A DNA stretch of 64,000 bases from Candidatus Asgardarchaeum abyssi (GTDB lineage Archaea > Asgardarchaeota > Asgardarchaeia > Asgardarchaeales > Asgardarchaeaceae). The translations under genes and the position numbers were made by a program. Shown piece by piece: positions 30,950 through 41,943 of this stretch. Within the stretch, counting starts at the first letter, position 1. Each line of letters opens with the position of its first letter. Location of the stretch: NCBI GenBank assembly GCA_040225955.1, contig JBECUL010000005.1, positions 1 to 64,000 on the forward strand. The letters run 5' to 3'. The notes beneath the pieces are model-generated. The model was given only the letters and a program-made list of their open reading frames with translations. It did no database searches and was not told where the DNA came from.

Positions 30950-31127
30950 TGAAAATTCTAAAAGTATGACTCATACAAATACGACAAAAAATAGTTGACT
31001 ATCTTTAAGAGTTACTTCATCTAAGCATAACTAAGGCAAATTTGACCTTCAAGAAACTTGGCGGTTATTAGTATTGAGAAAAATTATTTTATCTGGAAAA
31101 TAAATTATTTTTAGCGTGGTGATTTAA

Positions 31128-31430
31128 ATGTTAACCTCAGACGATATTTTAAAGACCCTCAAGGATAATATGGACAAAATAAAAAAATTTGGCGTTAAGA
31201 GAATTGGACTGTTTGGATCGTATGCAAAAAATCAACCAAAAGAGGGAAGTGACATTGATATCTTGGTTGAGTTTGAAAAGGGCAAAAAAACATTCGACAA
31301 CTACATGGACCTCAAATTCTTTCTGGAAGATCTATTTAAATGCAAAGTTGATTTGGTCATTGCCGATGCACTGAAGCCAGATCTAAAACCAATTATCTTA
31401 GGAAGTGTAATATATGCCTCGGAAGCATAA
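31128..31430 (+). CDS. mntA: Minimal nucleotidyltransferase antitoxin
   Basis: LFGSYAK...SDIDILVEF. Confidence 0.9.
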   Translation: MLTSDDILKTLKDNMDKIKKFGVKRIGLFGSYAKNQPKEGSDIDILVEFEKGKKTFDNYMDLKFFLEDLFKCKVDLVIADALKPDLKPIILGSVIYASEA

Positions 31431-31776
31431 AGCATTCCTTAATGATATACTCAATGCAATACAGAAAATTGAGAGATATAGTAGGGGTCTTACTTTTGAA
31501 AGTTTTTCAAAAAACGAATTGATTCAGGATGCAATAGTGAGAAATTTAGAAATAATAGGAGAAGCTGTAAAAAACATTCCACAGAATATCAGAGATATGA
31601 TGCCTGAAATAGAATGGAAGAAAATTGCTGGACTGCGAGATATACTTATTCATGCTTATTTTGGCATAGATGTAGAGGTTGTATGGGATATAATTAAGAA
31701 TAAGGTTCCACAGTTAAAAGAGAAAATACTAGAACTAATAAAGCTATTGTCAAAATTAGAATATAACGAATATTAA
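31414..31776 (+). CDS. hepT: HEPN/DUF86 toxin
   Basis: RNLEIIGEA and RDILIHAY. Confidence 0.9.
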   Translation: MPRKHKAFLNDILNAIQKIERYSRGLTFESFSKNELIQDAIVRNLEIIGEAVKNIPQNIRDMMPEIEWKKIAGLRDILIHAYFGIDVEVVWDIIKNKVPQLKEKILELIKLLSKLEYNEY

Positions 31777-32010
31777 ATTATAACGACTATTACGTTTTTT
31801 ATAAGAAACATTAGTTTCTTATTCATTTAATATCTCTGATATCACTTATATTTAGGTGTATGACTATTTTTTTCTCACACGTATGCTACTTTTCACTGTA
31901 CACTTTTAAAATCATTCATTTCTGGATGTTATCATATAGAGCATCAAAAAAATATTTGTCACTTGAACATCTTAGGATATTAAAAAGAAAAGATAATAAA
32001 AAACAAAAAA

Positions 32011-33810
32011 TTATTGCACAATAAGAGGTATTTTCTTGAACTCCAGAGTATCAATTATTCCTTGGTCAGTGATTCTAAGCTCGGGCAACACAGACAGTGA
32101 TAATAGAGCCATTGTCATAAATGGCGAGACCATAGTCTTTCCTATCTGTTGCCATCCTTCAGCTAATTTTCTAACTTTTGCACTCACAGTTTCAGCATCT
32201 TCAGTTGACATAAGACCAGCAACTGGTAACTCTACTAGGCCCAAGACCTCTTGATTTCTGACAACAATCATACCTCCACCGACATCAATTAGTTTATTAG
32301 CTGCAAATGCCATGTCCTCCTCACTAACCCCAGCAACAAGCAAGTTATGACTGTCATGAGCTACTGTAGAGGCTATTGCACCTTCCTTAAACCCAAAGCC
32401 CTTAACAAGACCTATACCCATTGCACCACTTGCATGATGTCTCTCTATAACTGCTGCTTTAACAATGTCTCGTTCCACATCAGCCTTAATTTCATAGTTG
32501 ACAACAGGAACTTCCTCAATAAGATGCTTTGTTGTTACCTTTGCTTCAATAATTTCAACTACATGAACTTTCACAGTACCACTTTCAATTGGGGCTTTAA
32601 TTATAAAATCGTCCTTTGTTAGCTTCCTTTTCACATTCATAGTCTTAGTTGCCCATTCTGGAACTGGTTTTCTTGGTATATCGACTATTAATTTGCCATC
32701 CTTTGCAACAACAATACCGTTTGCAATTACTTGTTTTATTTTCATCTTAGACAAACTTTCAACAATTAGAATATCAGCAAATCTGGCTGGTGCAATACCT
32801 CCTAAATCAAGGTCCTTCTTAAAGTGTTCAGCCGTATTAATGGTTGCCATCTGAATTGCGGTTATAGGATCTACACCCTCTTGGATTGCCCTTCTTACAA
32901 CATGGTCTATGTGTCCCTCATGAATTATGTCCTCAGGATGTCTATCATCAGTCACTAAGACAATTCGTCTCGTATCAATTCTACGTTCTGTCACAGCCTT
33001 TATGACTTCCTCAAGGTCATGCCATGCGGATCCTTCTCTTATCATTGCCCACATTCCTCGCCTTGCACGTTCGAGAGCGTCAAACCTTCTAGTGGATTCA
33101 TGACAAGATGTTATACCAGCAGCTACATATGCCGAAAGCTTTTCATCAAGCTCTGGATCAGCATAGTGTCCCTCAACAACTCTGCCATACTTAAGCGTTA
33201 CTTGAATTTCACCATGTACCTTATCATCACCCATTAAAACACCTGGGTAATTCATCATCTCTCCGAGTGCAACAACATTTTCCCATTGAAGTACTTCTTC
33301 GACTTCTTTTGGACCTATAGATGCACCAGCAGTTTCAAATTCTGGAAATGATGCTGGAACACAAGAAGGTATTGTTATGTAAACTTTCAAGGGTAAACCT
33401 TTTGCATCATCGAGCATAAGTCTAATACCCTTGAGACCTAGAACATTAGCAATTTCATGCGGATCAGCAAAAACAGCAGTTGTACCATGAGGCAAAGCCG
33501 CTCTAGCAAACTCAGAGGGAAGAAGCATACTACTCTCTATGTGAACGTGACCATCAAGAAACCCAGGAACAAGATAAGCCCCCTTAGCATCAATTATCTT
33601 AGTATTGTCCCCAATAGTGTGATCTATCTTTTTCCCAACGTGCGCAATTCTATCATGTTTAATAGCTACGTTAGCACCCTCTATTAACTCACCAGTATAC
33701 ACGTTAACTAACGTTCCATTCTTTATAACTAAGTCGGCTTTAACTTTTCCCAGAGCTGTAGCTACAAGCTCTTTCTCAACTTCCCATATTTTGGAGAGTT
33801 CTTTCATCAT
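32011..33810 (-). CDS. ade: Adenine deaminase
   Basis: DGHVHIESSM, DPHEIANV, REGSA, TDD, AHDSHN. Start at ATG 33810 after GGTGA. Confidence 0.95.
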   Translation of the reverse strand: MMKELSKIWEVEKELVATALGKVKADLVIKNGTLVNVYTGELIEGANVAIKHDRIAHVGKKIDHTIGDNTKIIDAKGAYLVPGFLDGHVHIESSMLLPSEFARAALPHGTTAVFADPHEIANVLGLKGIRLMLDDAKGLPLKVYITIPSCVPASFPEFETAGASIGPKEVEEVLQWENVVALGEMMNYPGVLMGDDKVHGEIQVTLKYGRVVEGHYADPELDEKLSAYVAAGITSCHESTRRFDALERARRGMWAMIREGSAWHDLEEVIKAVTERRIDTRRIVLVTDDRHPEDIIHEGHIDHVVRRAIQEGVDPITAIQMATINTAEHFKKDLDLGGIAPARFADILIVESLSKMKIKQVIANGIVVAKDGKLIVDIPRKPVPEWATKTMNVKRKLTKDDFIIKAPIESGTVKVHVVEIIEAKVTTKHLIEEVPVVNYEIKADVERDIVKAAVIERHHASGAMGIGLVKGFGFKEGAIASTVAHDSHNLLVAGVSEEDMAFAANKLIDVGGGMIVVRNQEVLGLVELPVAGLMSTEDAETVSAKVRKLAEGWQQIGKTMVSPFMTMALLSLSVLPELRITDQGIIDTLEFKKIPLIVQ

Positions 33811-33980
33811 ACTAATCACCAAAAACAGTAATGATAAATCGCATGTGGTTTGCATTTTTATTTTAATAAACAGGGGATATAAAAATAATATCATTTTTAA
33901 ACGGGGATCTTCTCCATTTCTTTCAAGAATAACAAAGGTATAATAGAGTGAAGTTATGTATATGAAAATTGGGTGTGAGT

Positions 33981-34790
33981 ATGATTAGAGGAGTTTATCA
34001 TATCGAATTTTATAAAGTTAATGACAAAATTCCTACGATCTTCATAAAACATGATAAATTTGCTACTAAAAAACTCCCAGCAGTTATTTTGATGCACGGT
34101 CTCTCTAGCAGTAAGGAAAGGAATTTAGCATTTGGCATGCTATTGGCCAATGAGGGTTTTCTTGTTGCCATGCCAGATGCTCATATGCATGGAGATAGAT
34201 CGACTGAACCTTTACATAAACTATTGAGAGATAAGCCTCTCGAAACTTTCTTTGATATACTTTCTACAACGGTTGACGACATAATTTCAATAATTGATTA
34301 CCTTGAGGAGAGAGAAGATGTTCAAAAGGAGATGATTGGAATGACTGGGATATCCATGGGAGGCATTCTTACATTTATGGCTGGACTGGCTGATGAAAGA
34401 ATCAAAGTAATGGCACCAATAATCGCTTCGGGAGATTATCTAACCGCAATTAAAAAGAGCACGCTAATCGATGAGTTAGGAATAAAAAGGGAGGTCATTG
34501 AAAAAATTGAAATTCCACCAGAAATGAAGCCTATTGTAGAAGAATTAGACCCGGCGTACAATGCTAAGAAGTTGTATCCGAGACCTTTAATTATGGTTAC
34601 AGGTGGGAAAGATACTATTATACCAAAAGAGGCTGTAGAAAATACGGTTAACGCCATTAGAGATGCTTACAAAGAGAAACCACACTTATTTAAGCACTCT
34701 GAGTATCCAAATGTTGGACATAATGTAACCGAGGAAATGTTGGAAGAGGTAATTACTTTTCTTAAGAATTTTCTCTCTGCTAAAGAATAA
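33981..34790 (+). CDS. Alpha/beta hydrolase (esterase/peptidase)
   Basis: HG oxyanion motif, GISMGG nucleophile, D and H (VGH) of the triad. Confidence 0.88.
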   Translation: MIRGVYHIEFYKVNDKIPTIFIKHDKFATKKLPAVILMHGLSSSKERNLAFGMLLANEGFLVAMPDAHMHGDRSTEPLHKLLRDKPLETFFDILSTTVDDIISIIDYLEEREDVQKEMIGMTGISMGGILTFMAGLADERIKVMAPIIASGDYLTAIKKSTLIDELGIKREVIEKIEIPPEMKPIVEELDPAYNAKKLYPRPLIMVTGGKDTIIPKEAVENTVNAIRDAYKEKPHLFKHSEYPNVGHNVTEEMLEEVITFLKNFLSAKE

Positions 34791-34946
34791 TAGCACAAAA
34801 CTGTAAAAAGGTATTTTATACAAATTATCTTAACTTTCCCAGAACTTAAATAATAAAAACACTTGACTCACTAATCAGATAAGACAATCAGTCTAAAGCA
34901 CCTGAATACATATATGTTACTTTAAAAAATCTGCTTAGGTGTGTTT

Positions 34947-35300
34947 TTATATTTCTACATGTTCATCTATGAATCTTTTGTACCAATTTTCATATTCTTC
35001 TGGCGTCACTATGTGTATTTCGAAGGGTGTACATTCACCTATTTCCTTTGATATTTCCATTCTCAACTTTATTCTTCTATTTACATCTCCAGCCAGCTTT
35101 GTTATGATTAGAACATCTATATCGCTGTCTGGTTTCATTTTCCCTTTGACTAAACTCCCGAAAAACATTACTTTGGCTTTTTCGTCATGCTTCTTTACCA
35201 AGTTTTTTATTTTTCCAGCGTATGTCTTAGGTCTTTCATAGTATTTTTTCCATTCATTTATAGTTTCGAGTTTTATGTCTATGAATGTTTTTCTAGCCAT
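34947..35300 (-). CDS. Minimal nucleotidyltransferase
   Basis: FGSLVKG...DSDIDVLI...PFEIH. Confidence 0.85.
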   Translation of the reverse strand: MARKTFIDIKLETINEWKKYYERPKTYAGKIKNLVKKHDEKAKVMFFGSLVKGKMKPDSDIDVLIITKLAGDVNRRIKLRMEISKEIGECTPFEIHIVTPEEYENWYKRFIDEHVEI

Positions 35301-35518
35301 TCTAGCACCCCTAAGACTTTTTCTGCGAATTTCAATATTCGTTCGGCTATGTCCTCATCATATTCTCTGGGAAGATATCTTGAAGATATGTATGCTTCTG
35401 CCTCTTTTTCTGTTAGCCCCATATACTCTATTACGAATTTCTTTAGAAATGAATAATTTTCTTCTAATTCCTTTCTTGTAACCTTTTTTCTTTCAACTTT
35501 TTCTTCATCCCCAGACAT
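35279..35518 (-). pseudogene. Chimeric ORF: unrelated N-terminus fused to a HEPN C-terminal half
   Basis: EAYISSRYLPREY...AERILKFAE is the HEPN C-terminus. The N-terminal HEPN helices and the HS/HD motif are absent. Confidence 0.6.
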
Positions 35519-35748
35519 AATAGACTCACCACTAATATCATTAGGCATTAAAACTCGCACTAAGAAGGCAAATATTCATAAAAAATATATGTTTTATTCA
35601 TCCTATAATCTTTTTCCTGAGTTGAGGCATCTATTAAGCACATACGGCCTTTCATTTGTGTCAAATACATAGATAGCCATAAATATCATAATATGCATAT
35701 AATATCATATAGTTATACAAATGTGTTAAATAGAGAGGTGTTACTTTC

Positions 35749-36333
35749 TTGCATGGTGCAGAACATAAAATTTATGCCTCTTTTGCATTTTTTGGTGTTT
35801 ATTACGCAGTCCAGTATTATTATAAAATCGCTACTATAAATTTTTGGATGGCATGGCTTCTTGTAATCTTGGGGGCCTATTTTCCAGATATTGATCTCGA
35901 TTTTGGATCCAAATTTCATAGAAGCTTTTGGACGCACGGACATTTCATCCCTCTTTTCCTACAAATAGTATACCTAATTAGGCCTGATGTTGTAATTATA
36001 GAACTTTTTGGATTTTTCTTCATGGGCTATGCATCTCATCTCTTACTTGATATTTTTCCATCTCATAAAGCATTTCTAAAGAGATTCTGGTCTTGGTTTA
36101 GGTATCATCAGACACCTGGAGATATAAGAGGTATTCCAGAAAGGTACGAACGCCCTTGGTTAATAACATCTGGACTATATGTTGCTGCACTGTCATGCTT
36201 ATTTTTAAGTGTCAAATGGGGCATCGTAGTGAGATTCTTATTACTTGATATAGGACTTTTAATAGCTGGTTTAGTATTGGCAGCTGGTGGAATATCAATA
36301 TACAGAAAATACCGTAAAAGACTCAAAAAATAG
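35749..36333 (+). CDS. YdjM-like membrane-bound metal-dependent hydrolase
   Basis: H, FPDIDL, HRSFWTH, SHLLLD. Confidence 0.8.
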   Translation: MHGAEHKIYASFAFFGVYYAVQYYYKIATINFWMAWLLVILGAYFPDIDLDFGSKFHRSFWTHGHFIPLFLQIVYLIRPDVVIIELFGFFFMGYASHLLLDIFPSHKAFLKRFWSWFRYHQTPGDIRGIPERYERPWLITSGLYVAALSCLFLSVKWGIVVRFLLLDIGLLIAGLVLAAGGISIYRKYRKRLKK

Positions 36334-36365
36334 AAGTAATATAAAATATAGAGGATATTGAAATT

Positions 36366-37271
36366 TCAGAACTTAATGGGAAGCATTTGTATAATTTTAT
36401 TTATGTATTCAGCAATAATTGGGGAGTACCTGACTACCAAGTCTACTGTAAGAAGATAGTTTCCGTAGTTAAGACCCCATATACCAAATACAAATGAGCA
36501 GGCAACAAGGAATACCATAAATGCCATAAATATATAATCCCTTTTAGAGAATTCGAGCTCTTGGACATAAGTTCTATTTCGGATATCATAGCTAAAGCCC
36601 CTTGCTTCAATAGCTAAGGCTATTTGTGTACTTCTTCTAAAGGATGCTAAGATTGATGGTATTAGGATTGGTATCAATGCCCTTGTTCTCTTTATCGGGT
36701 TTCTATAATCGTGTTTAAGCCCTCTTGCCTCTTGGGCTTCAACAATTGTAGCAACCTCTCTTTCTAAGACCGGAATATAAGCAAATCCTATGCTCAGAGC
36801 CACTCCAAATTCAGGTGGTAGTTTCCATTTCACTAAACCAATTAGAAGTTCTTTTATCGAAGTTAACATTAGAATTTGTTTTACTGTTATTAGAATTGTT
36901 AAAAACCTAAATAACATTGCTAATGCCCAAGCTAGTCCTTCGACTGTCAAGATTATTTCGAAACCTCCATAGCGAAATGTATATATTGTGTGGATCACCG
37001 GCCCTGGTTTAGCACCATATGGTAGAAAAAGAACATTGAATAACGCATATACGAAACAAACTGTGGATAGCTTTTTCAAAAACCCAGTTATATTCTTTGA
37101 TGGAACTCCCGACTTTATGGTAATGGCGATAATAGTGACTAGAATGATGAAAGTGATAATAGGATCTGTAAAATTAAGAATTATTAGGATTACCGCAAAG
37201 AAATAAATTAACTTGCTTCTTGGATCCAGTTTGTGAAAGAAACTATCTCCAGGAATATATTCAAATGACAT
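36366..37271 (-). CDS. ecfT: ECF transporter T component
   Basis: LDPRSKL, AQEARG, EARGF. Confidence 0.9.
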   Translation of the reverse strand: MSFEYIPGDSFFHKLDPRSKLIYFFAVILIILNFTDPIITFIILVTIIAITIKSGVPSKNITGFLKKLSTVCFVYALFNVLFLPYGAKPGPVIHTIYTFRYGGFEIILTVEGLAWALAMLFRFLTILITVKQILMLTSIKELLIGLVKWKLPPEFGVALSIGFAYIPVLEREVATIVEAQEARGLKHDYRNPIKRTRALIPILIPSILASFRRSTQIALAIEARGFSYDIRNRTYVQELEFSKRDYIFMAFMVFLVACSFVFGIWGLNYGNYLLTVDLVVRYSPIIAEYINKIIQMLPIKF

Positions 37272-37273
37272 TT

Positions 37274-38995
37274 TTAAACACCATATTTCATTTCTAAGAA
37301 ATTAACCATCTCATCAACCTTCAAAATATTTGGAGGTACCTCAAACTCCTTTAATTCTCGAGCAAGTAATGTTACCTGTGGTGGACTAAGGTATGTGCTT
37401 CTCAATATCTCCACTTGAGAGAATACCTCTCTGGTTGGACCATCCAAAAGCACCTCACCATTCTTTAGTACGATAGTTCTATGACAGTAATTAGCCGCAA
37501 GCTCCATATCGTGTGTAATTATGATTATTGTTTTTCCTTGGCTGTTCAATCGTTGCAAAAGTTGCATTATTTCGTTTGATGTCCTAAAGTCTTGACCAGT
37601 AGTAGGCTCATCAACTATTAATACATCAGGATCCATAGCTAAGACAGAAGCTATAGCAACTCGCTGTCGTTCTCCTTTGCTTAGGTTAAATGGATTTTCA
37701 TCAATAGCATATTCCATCTTTACAAGTTTTAAAGCATTCATAACAAGCTCATCGATTTTCTCCTTTGGAACCTTAAGGTTCTTGGGAGCGAAAGCTACTT
37801 CATCGTAAACTTTTCTACAAAAGATTTGATAATCGGGGTTCTGATAGACATATCCAACTCTTTTAGCTAGGTCTGCAGGACTCTTATTGCGGGTATTTTC
37901 TCCAAAGACATAAACATTCCCCTCAGTTGGCTTAAGTAAACCATTGAAGTGCTTTACTAATGTTGTCTTACCAGATCCATTTTGACCAAGCAACGCTATA
38001 AAATCACCTTTATATATACTGAGACTTACATTTTTTAAAGCTACTACACCACCTGGGTATACAAAAGTTAGGTTTTCAGCTCTTATTATTTCCTCGCCAG
38101 AACTTTGCTTTTCTTCGGTAAATTCGAATTTAACGGGCTTTGGATTATATTGCTTTAGAAAGTTGGTGAAATATTGCTTTGCCTCATCCAATGTAAGGGG
38201 TATTTCTATTTGGTGCCCACGCTTTTTTAGCCTATCTGCAACTATAGCTGCTTGAGGAATCCTTAAACCAAGCTTTTCAAGCTCTTCGACGTTATCAATA
38301 ACCTTCTTAGGCTCACCTTCAAAAACTATTTCACCCTTATTTAGAACAATCATTCTATCAGCTATGGGCATAACGTATTCTAATTTGTGCTCCACTATAA
38401 TTACTGTGCACCCTTCTTTTTTTACGGTATCCTTCATGACATCAAAGAACATAATGCTACCTATGGGGTCTAAGTTTGATGTAGGCTCATCAAGGACATA
38501 TATATCTGGCTTAACTGCCATTAGCGCTGCAAGAACAACAGCTTGTTGCTGACCACCAGATAATCTATGAGGATTCCTATCCTTTAATTCAAGCATACGA
38601 ACCGCAGCTAGTGACTCTTCAACCCTCTTTATTATCTCTTCCCTTGGGACACCAAAGTTCTCAGGGCCAAATGCAACCTCATCAAAGACTGTTGCAGCAA
38701 CAAGTTGGCTTGATGGATCTTGGAACAGCAAGCCGACAATTCTTGAAAGTTCACCGATATGAGACTCCTTGGTGTTTATTCCCTTTACGATAACGTTCCC
38801 TTTTAATTTCCCTCTAAAGAAGTGGGGAATTAGTCCATTAGTTGTTTCGCATAGCGTAGTCTTCCCAGCGCCAGCTGGTCCAGTAATGAGAAAGATTTCG
38901 CCCTTTCTTATTTTCAGATTTATATCCTTTATAGCGGGTGTCTGTGATCTTGGATAGAAGTATGTAACATCCTCGAAGATTATATCATACTCCAA
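37274..38995 (-). CDS. ecfA: Fused dual ECF ATPase (EcfA1-A2)
   Basis: Two ABC cassettes: GPAGAGKT/LSGGQ/DEPT and GQNGSGKT/LSKGE/DEPT. Confidence 0.92.
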   Translation of the reverse strand: MEYDIIFEDVTYFYPRSQTPAIKDINLKIRKGEIFLITGPAGAGKTTLCETTNGLIPHFFRGKLKGNVIVKGINTKESHIGELSRIVGLLFQDPSSQLVAATVFDEVAFGPENFGVPREEIIKRVEESLAAVRMLELKDRNPHRLSGGQQQAVVLAALMAVKPDIYVLDEPTSNLDPIGSIMFFDVMKDTVKKEGCTVIIVEHKLEYVMPIADRMIVLNKGEIVFEGEPKKVIDNVEELEKLGLRIPQAAIVADRLKKRGHQIEIPLTLDEAKQYFTNFLKQYNPKPVKFEFTEEKQSSGEEIIRAENLTFVYPGGVVALKNVSLSIYKGDFIALLGQNGSGKTTLVKHFNGLLKPTEGNVYVFGENTRNKSPADLAKRVGYVYQNPDYQIFCRKVYDEVAFAPKNLKVPKEKIDELVMNALKLVKMEYAIDENPFNLSKGERQRVAIASVLAMDPDVLIVDEPTTGQDFRTSNEIMQLLQRLNSQGKTIIIITHDMELAANYCHRTIVLKNGEVLLDGPTREVFSQVEILRSTYLSPPQVTLLARELKEFEVPPNILKVDEMVNFLEMKYGV

Positions 38996-39402
38996 TTCGG
39001 ATCACCAGTATTATTGATTAGTATCACTCACATACGTTATTTATGATTTTATTAATTATACCATTTTTTCTACAAATGCTATTTATCTTTTAATATGGTT
39101 CTTTATAAAAAATTTACACTTTTTAGAAATACTTTCAAATATTTCATGATGTTTTTTTACTCCAATAATGTTTATGTACACATATATAGTTCCATCATTT
39201 TTTATATTATATAAATTCGATATTGATTTTACTTGTATGTCGTTGTTAAGTATGTCAAGTAAATAGCATGTATGCTCCTTTCCTTTTAAGCAGCAATAGT
39301 ATATTTTTAAGGCTCTTCATAGTTATTATTATAAAATTGAGCACAAAGGGGATATGCACGCTTTTAAATAAGATAATAAATGGTAGCATCTTGGTGATTA
39401 AG

Positions 39403-40713
39403 TTGGTACAAGTAAAACTCAATATAGGGTCGGGGAAGTTTTATAGAGCTGGATATACCAACATCGACTTTTTTGAAAGTGAAATTGCGGATAAGATAAT
39501 GAACGCTACTGATTTAGATTTTCCATCTAATAGCGTTGATGAGATTAGTGCATTTCACATAGTAGAGCATTTTGACTGCATTGAAGCTATATATGCACTA
39601 TCTGAGTGGTTCAGAGTTCTAAAACCCGGAGGGCTACTAATAATTGAAACTCCGGACTTGGAGAGAACTTTTAAGACTTTTCTTGAATCTGATAATGAAA
39701 AGAAAAAGGAATTATTGAGCTGGATATATGGTCTAAATGCTCCTGGAATGCTACATAAATGTGGCTTTACATACTCTTTAATCAAAGAAATTTTAGAAAG
39801 AGTTGGATTCACAAATATTAGAAAGGAAAAGCAAAAGACACATAAATACGCCCCTGGGATGAGAATAGTTTGCCAGAAGCCCGAAAATGAATATGAGGCG
39901 TATCAAATACTTTCGGAATTTAGAAAAAGAATACGGGCCTCTGCTAAGAATTTTATCGAGGGGCAAGACCTCTGGGAAGATTTTGAAGAGACTCTTATGA
40001 AACCTATAAGCTTACTTTTCCTGAAGCTCCTAAAATATAAAGATGTAACCGCTCTAGAGAAAATTTTTGAGTTCACAATATACTGTCCAACTGCTGTCAA
40101 AATTTTCTTCATCACATTTGAGAATTCAGAAATTTGCGAAAAACAAAAACTTAGACGATTTACAAGAAAGTACTTAGAGATTTGTGATTTCCTCGAGGAA
40201 ATAAATTTTCCAGGAAAACTAATGAAACTATGGGAAGATATCGATAAACAACCCGGGAAGGAAAAAGAACTATTCACAGAGTTTATTTTACTGGCAAGCA
40301 CATCAGTTAGAAAACTTTTAACCGATGAGTATTCATCTGTTAAACAACAGATATCCTCTATAGAAAGTCCTTACAAGCTAAATTACTTCTCACACTATGT
40401 AGTTCAGAAAGTCGCCGATCGAAAATTCCGCTTAGGAATAAAACATTTTGCAAATGAAAATCTCATAGAGGCGAAAAAGCTATTTATGGAAAGCCTGCAG
40501 CTAACACCAGATAATTTTCTGATAAGCTGGAATATTGCAAGAATATATGTCAAGCTTGGAGAGTATAAAAGGGCTGAGAAATTCTATCAAAGAGCTTTAA
40601 GAACTGTGCAATATAAAGACTTAAAAAAGAGATTATTAAGTGAAATTGATACCATTAAGAAGAAACAAGAGATCATCATATTTCCAATCGATGAAATTGC
40701 ACTGTCATTGTAG
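39403..40713 (+). CDS. SAM methyltransferase fused to a helical region and C-terminal TPR
   Basis: KLNIGSG, HIVEH, RVLKPGG, then TPR-like helices. TTG 39403 follows GGTGA. Confidence 0.75.
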   Translation: MVQVKLNIGSGKFYRAGYTNIDFFESEIADKIMNATDLDFPSNSVDEISAFHIVEHFDCIEAIYALSEWFRVLKPGGLLIIETPDLERTFKTFLESDNEKKKELLSWIYGLNAPGMLHKCGFTYSLIKEILERVGFTNIRKEKQKTHKYAPGMRIVCQKPENEYEAYQILSEFRKRIRASAKNFIEGQDLWEDFEETLMKPISLLFLKLLKYKDVTALEKIFEFTIYCPTAVKIFFITFENSEICEKQKLRRFTRKYLEICDFLEEINFPGKLMKLWEDIDKQPGKEKELFTEFILLASTSVRKLLTDEYSSVKQQISSIESPYKLNYFSHYVVQKVADRKFRLGIKHFANENLIEAKKLFMESLQLTPDNFLISWNIARIYVKLGEYKRAEKFYQRALRTVQYKDLKKRLLSEIDTIKKKQEIIIFPIDEIALSL

Positions 40714-40812
40714 TAGATGTATTTGACAAAGCATTAGCGTCATGTTATGTATATCGTGCTTCTTGTTTTATACAGAGTTTGAAGAAAATAAAAATAATTT
40801 TAGGTAGGATTA

Positions 40813-41247
40813 TCATGGGTCAATTTTTCTATCTTTTATTGCATTTAAAAGTGCTTCATAAACGGAAATTAAATCACTTATATTATTTCTTAGTAGATCG
40901 TAAATTTTGTCTTCAAGCAACTCTGCGTAACAGTGTACAATCACATTTCTAAACCTTGCTAAATCCTTCATCAAATTTCCGATATCCAATGAAACAATCT
41001 TATTCTTTAACAAGATCATTCCAATATCCTTATATGATTTAGGTGCACCTAAGTTTAGCTCCGAAATTATGAAACTTCCGATATCAAGCAGACCTTCTAT
41101 AGCTATATGTAAGTTCCTCTCCGCACTATCAATATTTCTAAAATCGGAAATAAAATCTTCATAATTTAGCTTAGATAGCCATTTTAGCCTATCTAATGCT
41201 TTGCTTACTCGATTAATCCGATTTCTTAGACCCGGCGACGGCATCAA
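40813..41247 (-). CDS. hepT: HEPN/DUF86 toxin
   Basis: AERNL and FRNVIVHCY. Confidence 0.87.
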   Translation of the reverse strand: MMPSPGLRNRINRVSKALDRLKWLSKLNYEDFISDFRNIDSAERNLHIAIEGLLDIGSFIISELNLGAPKSYKDIGMILLKNKIVSLDIGNLMKDLARFRNVIVHCYAELLEDKIYDLLRNNISDLISVYEALLNAIKDRKIDP

Positions 41248-41644
41248 ATATCCCCCTAAAGTGGAAATCTTCTACATATTTAAAGTCCAAATAAAGCATA
41301 ATAGCAGTTGTCTTGTCTTCAACATACTTCTCTCTGTCTCTGCAAAAAATCAGTTTTCCATTAGCAAATATTTCATACCTCAGAGCTGGAGGTGTGGACA
41401 AAGCATCAATAACATCCACGCTTCTCTTAAATAAAGCTTCTAAATCATAAATAATATCCGAAACCCTAGAGAGACGACCATCCTCATCAATATCGTCAGA
41501 AAATCTTACGGCAATATCAATATCGCTATCGGTTCTAAAGTACTTAGTTGCGGCCGTACCAAAGAGGATAGCATACACAATATCATACTTTGAATAGCTC
41601 TGCTCAAAATATTCCTTCAACTTGCTAAAAATTATAGTGTGCAT
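41213..41644 (-). CDS. mntA: MNT antitoxin
   Basis: LFGT...DSDIDIAV...VDVI. Confidence 0.85.
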   Translation of the reverse strand: MHTIIFSKLKEYFEQSYSKYDIVYAILFGTAATKYFRTDSDIDIAVRFSDDIDEDGRLSRVSDIIYDLEALFKRSVDVIDALSTPPALRYEIFANGKLIFCRDREKYVEDKTTAIMLYLDFKYVEDFHFRGIFDAVAGSKKSD

Positions 41645-41943
41645 ATTAATTTTCCCTTGCTTGTTTGTTCATTATATGCTATTATATATGTTTCACTAAA
41701 ATTTCAATATGAATCTATTAATAATTGTTATGCAAAACAAGCTCAGATATCTCTGATAAATACCACCTTTTTACGTCAGTATGCATTTCAAATAAATACG
41801 AAATATCGAAAATGCATGAATATTAGCTTTGAAGTTTGAGATACGGCTAAGTAATTGACTTTCACTAAAAGGCACTAATATGATTGGAAGAATAATGAAG
41901 CTGAAAGAATTAAAGCTTTAAGAGCCATGTTTTCTTATTTTCA

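Noticed and set aside
41691-41870. Second MITE suggested by the repeated TTTCACTAAAA
   Set aside because: No convincing terminal inverted repeats lie inside the direct repeats, and the sequence is low complexity.
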